Part shown: positions 18,093-28,032 of the stretch, piece by piece | Position numbering within the stretch: position 1 is the stretch's first letter | Layout of the letters: each line of letters starts with the position of its first letter | Assembly (NCBI GenBank): GCA_016930485.1 | Contig: JAFGGP010000013.1 | Span: forward strand, 89,157 to 153,156 | DNA: 64,000 nucleotides | Source: Candidatus Omnitrophota bacterium | Lineage (GTDB): Bacteria > Omnitrophota > Gorgyraeia > JAFGGP01 | Direction of reading: 5' to 3' | Notes under the pieces: generated by a model | What the model was told of the DNA's origin: nothing | Databases searched by the model: none | The model's input: only the letters and a program-made list of their open reading frames with translations | Translations under genes and position numbers: made by a program

Positions 18093-19451
18093 ATGGCCCT
18101 GAGAGATCGGCTGCACGGAAAAGACGACGAGAGCAAGAAAAAACTGGTGGACGAGTATGAGGCAACCGAGCCTTTCGGAGGAAGCGATCTCCTCAACGAA
18201 CTGAAGATGCGTATCCACCGTCAGCTGATCGACAAGATTGACTTGGCAAATGTCACTAAAATTGACGGGGTGCAGGCGCGCGATGAAATCAGAAAAATCA
18301 TCCAAGATTTAATCGAAGTTGAATCCGTCCCCCTCACTGTTCCCCAGAAACGCCAGCTTGCAAAAGAAATTGAAAATGAGGCATTTGGTCTGGGTCCGCT
18401 TGAACCGCTTCTCAGTGACCCGACTATCGATGATATCCTTGTAAATGGACCCAAACAGGTTTATATCGAGCGGTTCGGAAAGCTGGAACTCACCAAGGTC
18501 GTATTTAGAGACGGGGCGCATCTGAAACAGGTCGTTGACCGTATCGTCAGCCAGGTGGGACGGCGCGTTGACGAGGCCTCGCCCATGGTTGATGCACGAC
18601 TGTCGGACGGCTCACGGATTAATGTTATCATTGCGCCGCTTGCGCTTGACGGACCCGTTGTCTCGATCAGGCGATTCAAAAAAGACCCCCTGACCATTAA
18701 AGACCTGTTAACGTTTGGGTCGCTCAGTAATGAAATAGTCTTATTGCTGGAGGCGACCGTAAAGGCAAAGCTGAATATCCTGATCTCAGGCGGCACCGGT
18801 TCGGGAAAAACAACGCTTCTCAACGTTATCTCCAGTTTCGTACCAAATTCTGAACGTATTATTACCATTGAAGATGCGTCTGAACTCCGACTGAGAAAGG
18901 CCCATGTGATCAGACTGGAAACAAGACCTCCTAACATCGAAGGAAAAGGAGAGGTTGCTCAAAGAGATTTGGTAAGAAACAGCCTGAGGATGAGACCTGA
19001 TAGAATTATCGTCGGCGAGGTGCGCGGACCCGAGGCTATTGATATGCTCCAGGCAATGAATACCGGCCACAAAGGGTCACTTACCACAATTCATGCCAAC
19101 ACACCTCGCGACGCCCTGGCGCGCCTGGAGACCATGATTCTCATGGCAGGGCTCAATCTAACCTCAGAGGCAATGAGACGGCAGGTTGCCGCCGCAATCG
19201 ATATCGTTATCCAGCTTGAACGGTGCGTTGACGGCGTCAGGCGCTGCATGTCAATTTCCGAATTGGTCGGTATGGAAGGGGATGTTATACGCATGCAGGA
19301 TATTTTTCTATTCAAGGCCCGTCAGATTAATCAGAAAGGTGAAGTTGTGGGCGATTTTATACCAACGGGCATTCAGCCTGCATGCTATGAAAAAATAAAA
19401 GAAAAGGGGATTGTCCTGCCGCTTAATATCTTTATGCCAAAGGTGTCATAA
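18093..19451 (+). CDS. cpaF: Tad pilus ATPase CpaF/TadA
   Basis: Walker [21 protein letters not shown], Walker B IIVGEVRG, His box GSLTTIHAN. Confidence 0.92.
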   Translation: MALRDRLHGKDDESKKKLVDEYEATEPFGGSDLLNELKMRIHRQLIDKIDLANVTKIDGVQARDEIRKIIQDLIEVESVPLTVPQKRQLAKEIENEAFGLGPLEPLLSDPTIDDILVNGPKQVYIERFGKLELTKVVFRDGAHLKQVVDRIVSQVGRRVDEASPMVDARLSDGSRINVIIAPLALDGPVVSIRRFKKDPLTIKDLLTFGSLSNEIVLLLEATVKAKLNILISGGTGSGKTTLLNVISSFVPNSERIITIEDASELRLRKAHVIRLETRPPNIEGKGEVAQRDLVRNSLRMRPDRIIVGEVRGPEAIDMLQAMNTGHKGSLTTIHANTPRDALARLETMILMAGLNLTSEAMRRQVAAAIDIVIQLERCVDGVRRCMSISELVGMEGDVIRMQDIFLFKARQINQKGEVVGDFIPTGIQPACYEKIKEKGIVLPLNIFMPKVS

Positions 19452-20413
19452 TGGAACTATTTGTCGCCATTTGCATATTTCTCGCGGTTGTCCTTATGAT
19501 ATTTGCCTTTGCCATCCCGCGTTTTTCTTATAAGGAAATTTCTCTTGATCAGATTGAACGCCGCGTCGGCGGCTTTGCGCAAAGAAAAAAACGGGAAACA
19601 CCGAGTATTATCAGGCAGCTAAAGCTCAGTGACAACCCTTTTTTTGATGCCATGCTCAAAAAAATGCCACCAGCGGTTAAGGTGGCACACGCAATTAATC
19701 AGGCAGGCCTTAAGGTTCCGCTGGGAAAGCTTATTGCACTGATTTTTATCCTCTTTTTCTCGATCCTCGTAATCGGCGTTGTCTTTTCGATCACACCAAT
19801 CCCCATCCTCACCATGTCTCTTATTGTCTTCTGTGCACCCTTTCTCTATATCCATTTCAGAAAAAAAAGACGTCTGAGAGAGTTCACCGAAATTCTCCCC
19901 GATGCCTTAAGCATGATGGCCAACGCGCTCCGTGCGGGGCAGGGTTTTAGCTCTGCTCTTGAAATGGTAGCCAATGAAATGCCGGATCCGGTAGCCCTGG
20001 AATTTAAAAAGACCATTGCCGAGGTTAATCTCGGCGTTGCGCTCGAGGATGCATTCAGCCATCTCGGGGAACGCGTGCAGACGCCGGATGTAAAACTTTT
20101 TGTCTCTGCAATACTTCTTCAACGAGAGGTAGGGGGAAACCTTGCCGAGTTTCTTTACACGCTTGAAGATACCGTTCGGCAGCGATTTCGCTTGCAAAGG
20201 GAGCTGAAAACATTAACAGCCCAAAGCAGACTTTCCGGATTTGTAGTCGGGTTTTTACCATTTGCAGTCGCGATGGTCTTATTGATTGTCAATCCAGAAT
20301 ATATGAGGGTGCTCATCACCGAGCCAACAGGTAGAATTATTTTATTTATCGCCGTCTTTTTGCAGGTTGTCGGTATTTTGACGATTAAAAAGTTAGTGTC
20401 AGTTGAACTATAA
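19451..20413 (+). CDS. tadB: Tad platform protein TadB
   Basis: Polytopic membrane protein with a GspF-like segment LPDALSMMANALRAGQGFSSALEMVANEMPDPV. The start overlaps the cpaF stop by 1 nt. Confidence 0.8.
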   Translation: MELFVAICIFLAVVLMIFAFAIPRFSYKEISLDQIERRVGGFAQRKKRETPSIIRQLKLSDNPFFDAMLKKMPPAVKVAHAINQAGLKVPLGKLIALIFILFFSILVIGVVFSITPIPILTMSLIVFCAPFLYIHFRKKRRLREFTEILPDALSMMANALRAGQGFSSALEMVANEMPDPVALEFKKTIAEVNLGVALEDAFSHLGERVQTPDVKLFVSAILLQREVGGNLAEFLYTLEDTVRQRFRLQRELKTLTAQSRLSGFVVGFLPFAVAMVLLIVNPEYMRVLITEPTGRIILFIAVFLQVVGILTIKKLVSVEL

Positions 20414-20428
20414 GTAAAGCGAGCGACT

Positions 20429-21358
20429 ATGGGAAGCGTATTTTTATTTTTCGCATCACTGAGCACTTTTTTCGCGATCGCGTTTTTTGTCTTTGTCCTG
20501 AGCGTGCAATTTACTGAAAAGATAAACCGGTGGGGTTCTCGGTATGACCGTCTCGGTCTTTCCGAATCCAAAAAAGAAAACGATCAAACAACCTTTCGTG
20601 ACATCATCCAGTCTTATGTAAAGCAAAAAAAGCAAAAAAATGTGAAAAAAAGGCATTCTGGGCCTTCAAAACAGTTTTACCTTGCTGGTTATGACACGGC
20701 TGCCTCGGTAAGTGCCTTTGTTGTTATTAAATGGGTGATTACCTGGGCGTTAGTTCTTGCCTTTACTATCGGAATGGTGGCGGCAGGCCTTGATTTCGCA
20801 AAAATCCTTGTGCTTAATATTTTTATTATTATTGGGTGCATGTTTGTCATGCCGACTTTTTATCTGAGAAGCAAAGCAAACGCCAGACTTAACGAGATAC
20901 GCCGGCATCTCGCGGACACAATCGATCTTCTCATTATCTGCCTTGAGGCAGGTCTTGGATTTGACGCCGCGCTTCTCCGCGTTGCCCAGGAGCAGCGAAG
21001 GAGCAGTCAATTTATTTCAAAGGAGCTCTTCCACACTAATCAGGAAATACTTGCCGGCTTATCGAGAGAGGCAGCCTTACGAAATCTGGCTGAACGATGC
21101 GGCAACCAGCCTGATATGCAGTCGCTGGTGGCTGTCATAATCCAAGCGGAAAAAATCGGGGCCAGTGTCGCAAAAACATTGCGGACACAAAAGGACTCCA
21201 TCAGATTTAAGAGGCGTCAATCTGCGCAGGAGGCCGTCATGAAACTGCCTGTCAAACTGGCCTTCCCACTTATCTTTTTTATCTTTCCGCCGTTAATTCT
21301 GATTATTTTAGGTCCTGCCGTAATCCAGTTTGCCCAGTCGATGTTCGGCGCGCAATAA
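20429..21358 (+). CDS. tadC: Tad platform protein TadC
   Basis: Membrane protein with a GspF-like segment LADTIDLLIICLEAGLGFDAALLRVAQE and a C-terminal TM pair. Paralogous to tadB. Confidence 0.8.
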   Translation: MGSVFLFFASLSTFFAIAFFVFVLSVQFTEKINRWGSRYDRLGLSESKKENDQTTFRDIIQSYVKQKKQKNVKKRHSGPSKQFYLAGYDTAASVSAFVVIKWVITWALVLAFTIGMVAAGLDFAKILVLNIFIIIGCMFVMPTFYLRSKANARLNEIRRHLADTIDLLIICLEAGLGFDAALLRVAQEQRRSSQFISKELFHTNQEILAGLSREAALRNLAERCGNQPDMQSLVAVIIQAEKIGASVAKTLRTQKDSIRFKRRQSAQEAVMKLPVKLAFPLIFFIFPPLILIILGPAVIQFAQSMFGAQ

Positions 21359-21399
21359 CCCTTGCTTTCTTATCCTATTACAACCAATTAAAAGCGAAA

Positions 21400-21428
21400 T
21401 TGACTTCTTTGTCTCACTATGTTACACT
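21400..21428 (+). promoter_or_regulatory. candidate promoter for trpBA (TTGACT-17 nt-TACACT)
   Basis: Boxes at 21400-21405 and 21423-21428, in the 101-bp gap after tadC. Confidence 0.4.
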
Positions 21429-21459
21429 TTATAAGATTTATGACAGATAAGGAGATGAA

Positions 21460-22656
21460 ATGGGGACCTCACTACCAAACGCACGGGGTTATTTCGGCGA
21501 TTTTGGCGGTAAATTTGTGCCGGAGACGCTTTTTGATTGCCTTAAGGAACTGGAGGATACCTTTGGAAAATCGGTCAAAGACCCGTCTTTTAACCGCGAA
21601 TTTACCCAGTGTCTGAACACATATGCTGGCAGGCCAACCCCACTTTACTTTGCCCCGCGTCTCAGCAAGGAAATAAAACCCGGTGTCAGAATCTACTTGA
21701 AGCGAGAGGACTTATGTCATACCGGGGCGCATAAAATTAATAATACGATCGGCCAAATTCTCCTTGCTTTAAGAATGGGCAAAAAAAGAATCATTGCCGA
21801 AACAGGAGCAGGGCAGCATGGTGTTGCGACAGCAACGGTCTGCGCCAAGTTTGGCTTAAGGTGCGATATCTACATGGGCCAAGAAGATATCCACAGGCAG
21901 AGCCTCAATGTCTTCCGTATGGAGCTGTTGGGGGCCCGGGTTATTCCGGTAACATCGGGTTCGCAGACCCTAAAAGATGCCTGCAATGAGGCCATTAGGG
22001 ACTGGGTAACCAATGTAAAGACCACTCACTACCTTCTTGGTTCGGTCGTCGGTCCGCATCCATACCCTTTGCTTGTCCGGTACTTTCAATCCGTAATCGG
22101 AAAAGAGGCAAAGAAACAGCTGCGAAGTAGAGAAGAACGGCTCCCTCATTATCTTATTGCCTGCGTCGGAGGAGGAAGCAACTCTATCGGCCTCTTCCAT
22201 CCCTTTGTCCACGATAAAAAAGTCAACATGATAGGCGTTGAGGCCGCTGGATACGGACTTTCTACCGGAAGGCACGCGGCGAGTCTGGTGTGCGGTGAAG
22301 TCGGTGTGCTTCACGGGGCAAGATCCTACGTCCTGCAAGATGCAGACGGACAAATAAAAACTGCTCACTCTATATCGGCGGGACTTGATTATCCTGGTGT
22401 CGGTCCTGAGCATGCTTACTACAAAAAAACACGGCGGGCACACTATGTGGCCGTCACCGACACCGAGGCACTGCGTGGTTTCCGGATGCTCTCTGAATTG
22501 GAGGGGATTATTCCGGCCTTGGAGCCGGCTCATGCCATAGCGTATCTACCGAAACTGGCTAAAAAGTTAAGAAAGGGCAATATCTGCATTGTGTGCCTTT
22601 CAGGCCGTGGCGATAAAGATATTACAATAATACGGGGTATATCTCAGAAAAAATGA
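21460..22656 (+). CDS. trpB: tryptophan synthase beta chain
   Basis: [18 protein letters not shown]-lysine motif [20 protein letters not shown] at 21449-21454. Confidence 0.95.
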   Translation: MGTSLPNARGYFGDFGGKFVPETLFDCLKELEDTFGKSVKDPSFNREFTQCLNTYAGRPTPLYFAPRLSKEIKPGVRIYLKREDLCHTGAHKINNTIGQILLALRMGKKRIIAETGAGQHGVATATVCAKFGLRCDIYMGQEDIHRQSLNVFRMELLGARVIPVTSGSQTLKDACNEAIRDWVTNVKTTHYLLGSVVGPHPYPLLVRYFQSVIGKEAKKQLRSREERLPHYLIACVGGGSNSIGLFHPFVHDKKVNMIGVEAAGYGLSTGRHAASLVCGEVGVLHGARSYVLQDADGQIKTAHSISAGLDYPGVGPEHAYYKKTRRAHYVAVTDTEALRGFRMLSELEGIIPALEPAHAIAYLPKLAKKLRKGNICIVCLSGRGDKDITIIRGISQKK

Positions 22657-23459
22657 ACAGAATCGATGCTGTGTTTACTCAACTAAGGCAGGAAAAGAAA
22701 AAGGCGTTTATACCGTTTTTTGTAGCCGGTATTCCTGATTACCGCACCATACGGGAGCTAGTGTTACGGTTGGAGGAGTGCGGGGTGGCGCTTATCGAAC
22801 TCGGCGTTCCCTTTTCCGATCCCCTCGCCGATGGCCCCATTATCCAGATGGCCTCCACCGAGGCCCTAAAAATGGGGGTAACGTCCAGATCGGTGTTCAG
22901 TTTTGTGGAGGACCTACGGAAGATAACGCAGATACCAATAGCTCTTCTTACCTATTGCAACCCGATTTTTAAATACGGGGTAGAACGATTTGTCTCCAGG
23001 GCCATCACGAGCGGGGTAGATGGCATCATTGCACCAGATTTGCCGCCGGATGAATCTGCGCTGTTTACCGCCTGCGCAAAAAGACACAACCTTAAAACAA
23101 TATTTCTTGCTACGCCGACTACGACACATGAAAGACTTAAAAAAATAGCCTCTGCATCAACAGGATTTCTTTATTATGTTTCAGTGACCGGCATCACAGG
23201 CCCCAGAGATACGCTGCCGGGTGATATACGGGCACATCTGTGTCACATCAAACGCATAACCCGGAAGCCAGTCTGCGTCGGTTTCGGCATATCGCATGAG
23301 CATCAGGCAAGAATGCTCGCGCCGTATGCCGACGGCATCATAGTCGGGAGTGCCTTGGTGCGCATTTTATGCCAGGAGCGCAACAAAAAAACCGCGCAAC
23401 AAAGAATACTTCACATTGTCAAGAAAATGCAACGAGCGGTTAATGCGCCGCGATCATAA
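22653..23459 (+). CDS. trpA: tryptophan synthase alpha chain
   Basis: [38 protein letters not shown]. 4-nt overlap with trpB. Confidence 0.93.
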   Translation: MNRIDAVFTQLRQEKKKAFIPFFVAGIPDYRTIRELVLRLEECGVALIELGVPFSDPLADGPIIQMASTEALKMGVTSRSVFSFVEDLRKITQIPIALLTYCNPIFKYGVERFVSRAITSGVDGIIAPDLPPDESALFTACAKRHNLKTIFLATPTTTHERLKKIASASTGFLYYVSVTGITGPRDTLPGDIRAHLCHIKRITRKPVCVGFGISHEHQARMLAPYADGIIVGSALVRILCQERNKKTAQQRILHIVKKMQRAVNAPRS

Positions 23460-23488
23460 CTAATACCTCGCAAAAAGGAGCGGATACC

Positions 23489-24580
23489 ATGGTCTACAAA
23501 ATTGTCATGGCCGGAGGGAAGGGTGAACGACTGTGGCCGTTGAGCAGGAGAAAACGCCCTAAACAGATGCTCTCGATATTTTCTAAACAGCCCATGATTA
23601 AAGAAACCTACAACAGGGTAGAAGCCATTTTTCAACACGGACCTGTATGGGTCATTACAGGAAAAGAACACCTCACCCAGATTAAAAAATCCTTACCAAA
23701 GGCGAAAAATCTGAGGGTTATCGCCGAACCTGTGGGGAGAAATACAGCTGCGTGCATAGGGCTTGCCGCTATTTTGATAGAATATGACGACCCGAACGGT
23801 ATTATGGTAGCGCTGCCCTCAGACCATTACATAGAAGACGGTCCGAAATTTAAAAATGCCTTGATCGAGGCCGTTGCCCAGGCAGATCACTTTAATAGCA
23901 TCGTAACGATCGGCATATGGCCGACGTATCCGTCAACCGGCTACGGGTATCTCGAGCTTGGCTCGCGTGTGGGGTATGGCCATGTAGAACGCTCCTGCAG
24001 GGTATATGCCATTGAAAAATTTATAGAAAAGCCTACCTATGAAGCCGCGCAGGGATTCTTGAAAAGCGGTAAATTTCTCTGGAATTCAGGGATTTTCGTA
24101 TGGAGGGTTTCGCGTATCTTGGATGAAATAAAGCAACATATTCCAGCCTTATACGCTGGGCTGCAAAAAATAAAAAAACATATCGGAACGTCCACATTTT
24201 CAAATACATTGGAAAAAGCATATAAGACACTCCCAAACATCTCCATTGACTACGGTGTCATGGAACGGTGCCGTGAGTCCTTTACGGTAATAGGGAATTT
24301 CAGATGGAGTGATGTCGGGGCATGGGCCAGCCTGGAAGACATATTTTCGATCGACAGAGAAGGAAATGTTGTAGTCGGTCCGGCCATTCTTTCCAAAACG
24401 CGGAATTCAATCATATTCTCGGACAGCAAGAAAGGCGTTATCGGAATTCATGGTCTGGATAATGTTGTGGTGGTGAAAAGCGGCGAGGAAGTTCTTGTCT
24501 GCAGAAAAGATAAAAGTCAGGAAGTAAAAGAATTGATCGCAAAGTTATCACGTGACAAGAAATTCTCCCACCTCACGTAG
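23489..24580 (+). CDS. mannose-1-phosphate guanylyltransferase-like nucleotidyltransferase
   Basis: MAGGKGERLWPLSRRKRPKQ nucleotidyltransferase N-terminus and EKP..E.A motif (FIEKPTYEAAQGFL). No cupin/isomerase domain. Confidence 0.8.
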   Translation: MVYKIVMAGGKGERLWPLSRRKRPKQMLSIFSKQPMIKETYNRVEAIFQHGPVWVITGKEHLTQIKKSLPKAKNLRVIAEPVGRNTAACIGLAAILIEYDDPNGIMVALPSDHYIEDGPKFKNALIEAVAQADHFNSIVTIGIWPTYPSTGYGYLELGSRVGYGHVERSCRVYAIEKFIEKPTYEAAQGFLKSGKFLWNSGIFVWRVSRILDEIKQHIPALYAGLQKIKKHIGTSTFSNTLEKAYKTLPNISIDYGVMERCRESFTVIGNFRWSDVGAWASLEDIFSIDREGNVVVGPAILSKTRNSIIFSDSKKGVIGIHGLDNVVVVKSGEEVLVCRKDKSQEVKELIAKLSRDKKFSHLT

Positions 24581-24599
24581 GTTCACCCAGTAGAGACCT

Positions 24600-25016
24600 A
24601 TGAGGATACTCGGGATCGACTTTGGAGAAAGGCGCATTGGCCTGGCGATAAGCGACGTAACGGAAACGGTAGCGCAGGGCATAGGACATATTGCTTGCAC
24701 CAACAAAGATTCGATTCTTGAGCAGATCAATCAGATCCTTGTAGATTACGACGTCAAAAAGATTGTAGTAGGTTACCCCTACAATATGAATTTTACCAAA
24801 GGGCCTGCCGCAGAAAAAGTGGATGAGTTTATGCAGTGGTTGCGCGAAGCCCTGAAAGTACCGATTATTGACTGGGATGAACGTCTCACTACCCGGTTAT
24901 CAGAAAAAACTCTTATCGAAGCCGGCATGAGCAGAAAAAAAAGAAAAAAAGTTATTGATATGCTTTCGGCACAGCTTATCCTGCAGGCATACCTCGATAG
25001 CGAAAAGAATAGGTGA
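24600..25016 (+). CDS. ruvX: YqgF/RuvX putative pre-16S rRNA nuclease
   Basis: MRILGIDFGERRIGLAISD N-terminus, DERLTT motif, 138 aa. Confidence 0.88.
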   Translation: MRILGIDFGERRIGLAISDVTETVAQGIGHIACTNKDSILEQINQILVDYDVKKIVVGYPYNMNFTKGPAAEKVDEFMQWLREALKVPIIDWDERLTTRLSEKTLIEAGMSRKKRKKVIDMLSAQLILQAYLDSEKNR

Positions 25017-26293
25017 ATACAATGCATACGATGAACACACTTCCCAATGGCATCCGCGTGTCGTCCTCGGTTATGACAGAGAGAAGTTCGGCATCCATTG
25101 GGGTCTGGATAGGATGCGGTGGAAGATATGAAAAAAAACATGAAGCTGGCATATCGCATTTCCTCGAACACATGCTTTTTAAAGGAACAAAAAGGAGAGG
25201 CTGCGAAGAGCTTAAGCGAACTATAGAAGGAATGGGTGGTTCTTTTAACGGTTTTACTGCTGAAGAGTTCACATGCTACCTTGTCAAGGTGCCTGCAGAG
25301 GGTTTGAGGCTTTCGGTGGATGTTCTCACGGATATGGTCTTTAGTCCAAAGTTGTCGGTTGAGGAACTCGAAAAAGAACGCCATGTCATTATTGAAGAAA
25401 TAAAAATGTATCAAGATATGCCTATCTCTTTGGTAGAAGATAACTTACAGCAGCTCATGTGGCCCAAAAATCCTCTCGGCCAACTTTTGACAGGCACACC
25501 CGAAACAGTCTCCGCTATCAATAGAAAGGCGCTTACTGCAGCACACCGAACGTGTTATGTACCTAACAATATTTCTGTTGTCGGATGCGGTGCATTAGAC
25601 CAGATGCATCTCGAAGAGATAATCGGACAATTCACTGAATGCCACCAACCATCCGTCCTTCAGCCTTTTAAGAAAGCCGTGACCATTCAGAATAAACCGG
25701 CTATGTTTCTTCAAAGAAAAGAAACCGAACAAACACGGATAGCCCTCGGTTTTCATGCAATTCCGCGGACCAGCCCCCATGCTATTGCCTCGAATCTACT
25801 CAATATTATCCTGGGAGGCAATATGTCCTCCCGGTTATTTCATGAGGTCAGGGAAAAGAGAGGACTTGTATACGATATCCACTCATCATGTAAGAAATTC
25901 AGCGATACGGGAATGTTTGTTATATCAGCGGGAACGGAACAGAAGCTCGCGTCGAAAACCATCAGGGTAATTTTGCATGAGTTAGAGAAGATAAAAAAAG
26001 ACAACATAGCACAACGGGAATTGAAACGGGCGAAGGAATACTACATAGGCCAGATGAAACTTTCTCTCGAGAATACTATGGATAGAATGATTTGGCTTGG
26101 CGAGAAAATTATCACAAATACCCAGGTGGAAGAGCCCAACGACGTTTTCAAAAAAATAGCGCGCATTACAGCAGAAGAATTAACCGAGCTAGCGAGGGAT
26201 ATATTCGCTTTTAATAAACGCAATCTTTCGGTCGTCGGCAATGTTACCGATCAGGGTGAAACGAATATAAGGAAGACTTTGGAGTATGCATGA
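25013..26293 (+). CDS. M16 (pitrilysin) family zinc peptidase
   Basis: Inverted zinc motif HFLEHMLFKGT. 426 aa. 4-nt overlaps on both sides. Confidence 0.85.
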   Translation: MNTMHTMNTLPNGIRVSSSVMTERSSASIGVWIGCGGRYEKKHEAGISHFLEHMLFKGTKRRGCEELKRTIEGMGGSFNGFTAEEFTCYLVKVPAEGLRLSVDVLTDMVFSPKLSVEELEKERHVIIEEIKMYQDMPISLVEDNLQQLMWPKNPLGQLLTGTPETVSAINRKALTAAHRTCYVPNNISVVGCGALDQMHLEEIIGQFTECHQPSVLQPFKKAVTIQNKPAMFLQRKETEQTRIALGFHAIPRTSPHAIASNLLNIILGGNMSSRLFHEVREKRGLVYDIHSSCKKFSDTGMFVISAGTEQKLASKTIRVILHELEKIKKDNIAQRELKRAKEYYIGQMKLSLENTMDRMIWLGEKIITNTQVEEPNDVFKKIARITAEELTELARDIFAFNKRNLSVVGNVTDQGETNIRKTLEYA

Positions 26294-27351
26294 AGGGTTC
26301 GATAGATCTTGTAAAAATTGTTGGGATCGACATTAAAATCCATGTGACCTTCCTGCTTTTACCGGCATTATTCGCTATGACACACGGCCTGAAAGGCATT
26401 GTGTTCATCCTGTGTGTATTCTTCTGCGTTGCCCTCCACGAACTATCCCACAGTCTACAGGCACGTCGCTACGGCACTCAGGTAGAATCAATAATGCTTT
26501 TGCCGATCGGGGGCATCGCATCTATGCGTGACATGCCCCATACGCCAAAACAGGAGTTTCTGATTTCGATCTCAGGACCTCTTTTTAATTTTGCGGTCGG
26601 GGCGATACTTTTTTTTCCGATGCTCATTGTGCTGGGGAGAGACACCATGTATCACCCCTCGCTTGCAACATGGCCTCAGACCTTTGCCTACATCTTCTGG
26701 ATTAACCCGTGGTTAGGAGTTTTCAATATGCTCCCGGCCTTCCCCATGGACGGAGGCAGGGTGTTAAGGTCTGTTTTAGCAGAACGTATGGATTATCTCA
26801 AGGCAACGAAAATTGCCGTAAGTTTCGGGCACGGATTTGCGCTTTTCTTTGCGTTGACAGGAATCTTTGCCAATCCCCCCAATTTTATCCTGCTTATCAT
26901 TGCGCTTTTTATTTACATGGCCGCATCTCAGGAAGAGCTTAAGGTCGACCTCCAGATGACCCTGAAGAACTTTACCGTTTCGCAGGTGCTTCCAAAAGAA
27001 TTCTTGACAACCCAGCCAACGACCACCATCGGTGAAATACTGGAAATGGCCTTGTACGCGCACCAGGAGGATTTTCCCGTGGTGGAGAACGGTGTATTGG
27101 TGGGGTTTCTGGACAGGTCTCACTTTATTTCATCCATTCGCGAAGGTAATCTTGCGGTGTCGGTCGGAGGCATTATGCGAAAAGATTTTCCTGTCGCTCA
27201 GCCGTATGAAATGCTAACAGCAGCGTATCATAAAATGGAGGCGGCGGGATTAAAATCCCTTCCCGTCGTTCAAGAAGGTTCGTTGCGCGGGGTCATCTCT
27301 CTGGAAGATATCAGTCGCGTATACACTATCTTATCAGGAAAAAAGGCTTAA
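26290..27351 (+). CDS. M50 site-2 protease with C-terminal CBS pair
   Basis: HELSHSL (HExxH) in a TM helix, NMLPAFPMDGGR, and C-terminal CBS-like repeats (DFPVVENGVLVGFL, LPVVQEGSLRGVIS). Confidence 0.85.
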   Translation: MKGSIDLVKIVGIDIKIHVTFLLLPALFAMTHGLKGIVFILCVFFCVALHELSHSLQARRYGTQVESIMLLPIGGIASMRDMPHTPKQEFLISISGPLFNFAVGAILFFPMLIVLGRDTMYHPSLATWPQTFAYIFWINPWLGVFNMLPAFPMDGGRVLRSVLAERMDYLKATKIAVSFGHGFALFFALTGIFANPPNFILLIIALFIYMAASQEELKVDLQMTLKNFTVSQVLPKEFLTTQPTTTIGEILEMALYAHQEDFPVVENGVLVGFLDRSHFISSIREGNLAVSVGGIMRKDFPVAQPYEMLTAAYHKMEAAGLKSLPVVQEGSLRGVISLEDISRVYTILSGKKA

Positions 27352-27365
27352 CAAGCTGTTACGCC

Positions 27366-28013
27366 ATGACTAACAAAATCTCGTTAAAAGTTGCCCCTTC
27401 AATTCTGGCGTGCGATTTTGGTCGTTTAAAAGACGAGATACATGCCGTTGAACAGGCCGGTGCAGACATGTTGCATATCGATGTGATGGACGGGCACTTT
27501 GTCGACAACATCACTATCGGACCACAGGTGGTTGCTGCCGTCAGAAAATATACCTCAATGGCGTTTGATGTGCATCTCATGATAGAACATCCCAAGAAAT
27601 ATCTGCAACCATTTATTGATGCCGGCAGCAATATCATTACCGTACACCAGGAGGCCGAGAAAAATCTGGATTCCATTCTTGCTACACTTGACGCCTCGGG
27701 TGTTAAAAAGGGGGTTTCGTTGCGGCCTGCTACGCATCTCGATGAGCTGGGCGGCAGAGAAAACGACTTTGATATGATACTCCTTATGACAGTCAACCCG
27801 GGTTTTGGCGGCCAGTCATTTATGGCTGAGGTTTTGCCAAAAATACAGAAACTCAGATCGTACTACACCGGCGATATAGAAGTAGACGGCGGCATTAATG
27901 CCGAGACAGCGCATGCTGTTATCGGTGCCGGCGCAACCGTACTTGTTGCCGGTACCTACATATTTCGTTCGCCGGATTATAAAAAGGCAATTGCTAGCTT
28001 AAAGCGATCTTAA
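27366..28013 (+). CDS. rpe: ribulose-phosphate 3-epimerase
   Basis: PSILACDFGRL, HIDVMDGHFVDNITIG, MTVNPGFGGQ. Confidence 0.93.
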   Translation: MTNKISLKVAPSILACDFGRLKDEIHAVEQAGADMLHIDVMDGHFVDNITIGPQVVAAVRKYTSMAFDVHLMIEHPKKYLQPFIDAGSNIITVHQEAEKNLDSILATLDASGVKKGVSLRPATHLDELGGRENDFDMILLMTVNPGFGGQSFMAEVLPKIQKLRSYYTGDIEVDGGINAETAHAVIGAGATVLVAGTYIFRSPDYKKAIASLKRS

Positions 28014-28032
28014 ACCGTAAAGGAGTTTTGCG

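Noticed and set aside
10541-21459. Calling the Tad locus a mobile genomic island
   Set aside because: I see no integrase, transposase, flanking direct repeats or adjacent tRNA. By eye the base composition is not clearly different from the flanks. I kept only the positional observation that it splits the trp genes.
21970-22533. 187-aa minus-strand ORF inside trpB (similar case: 24779..25414 opposite ruvX/M16)
   Set aside because: Antisense shadow of conserved genes.
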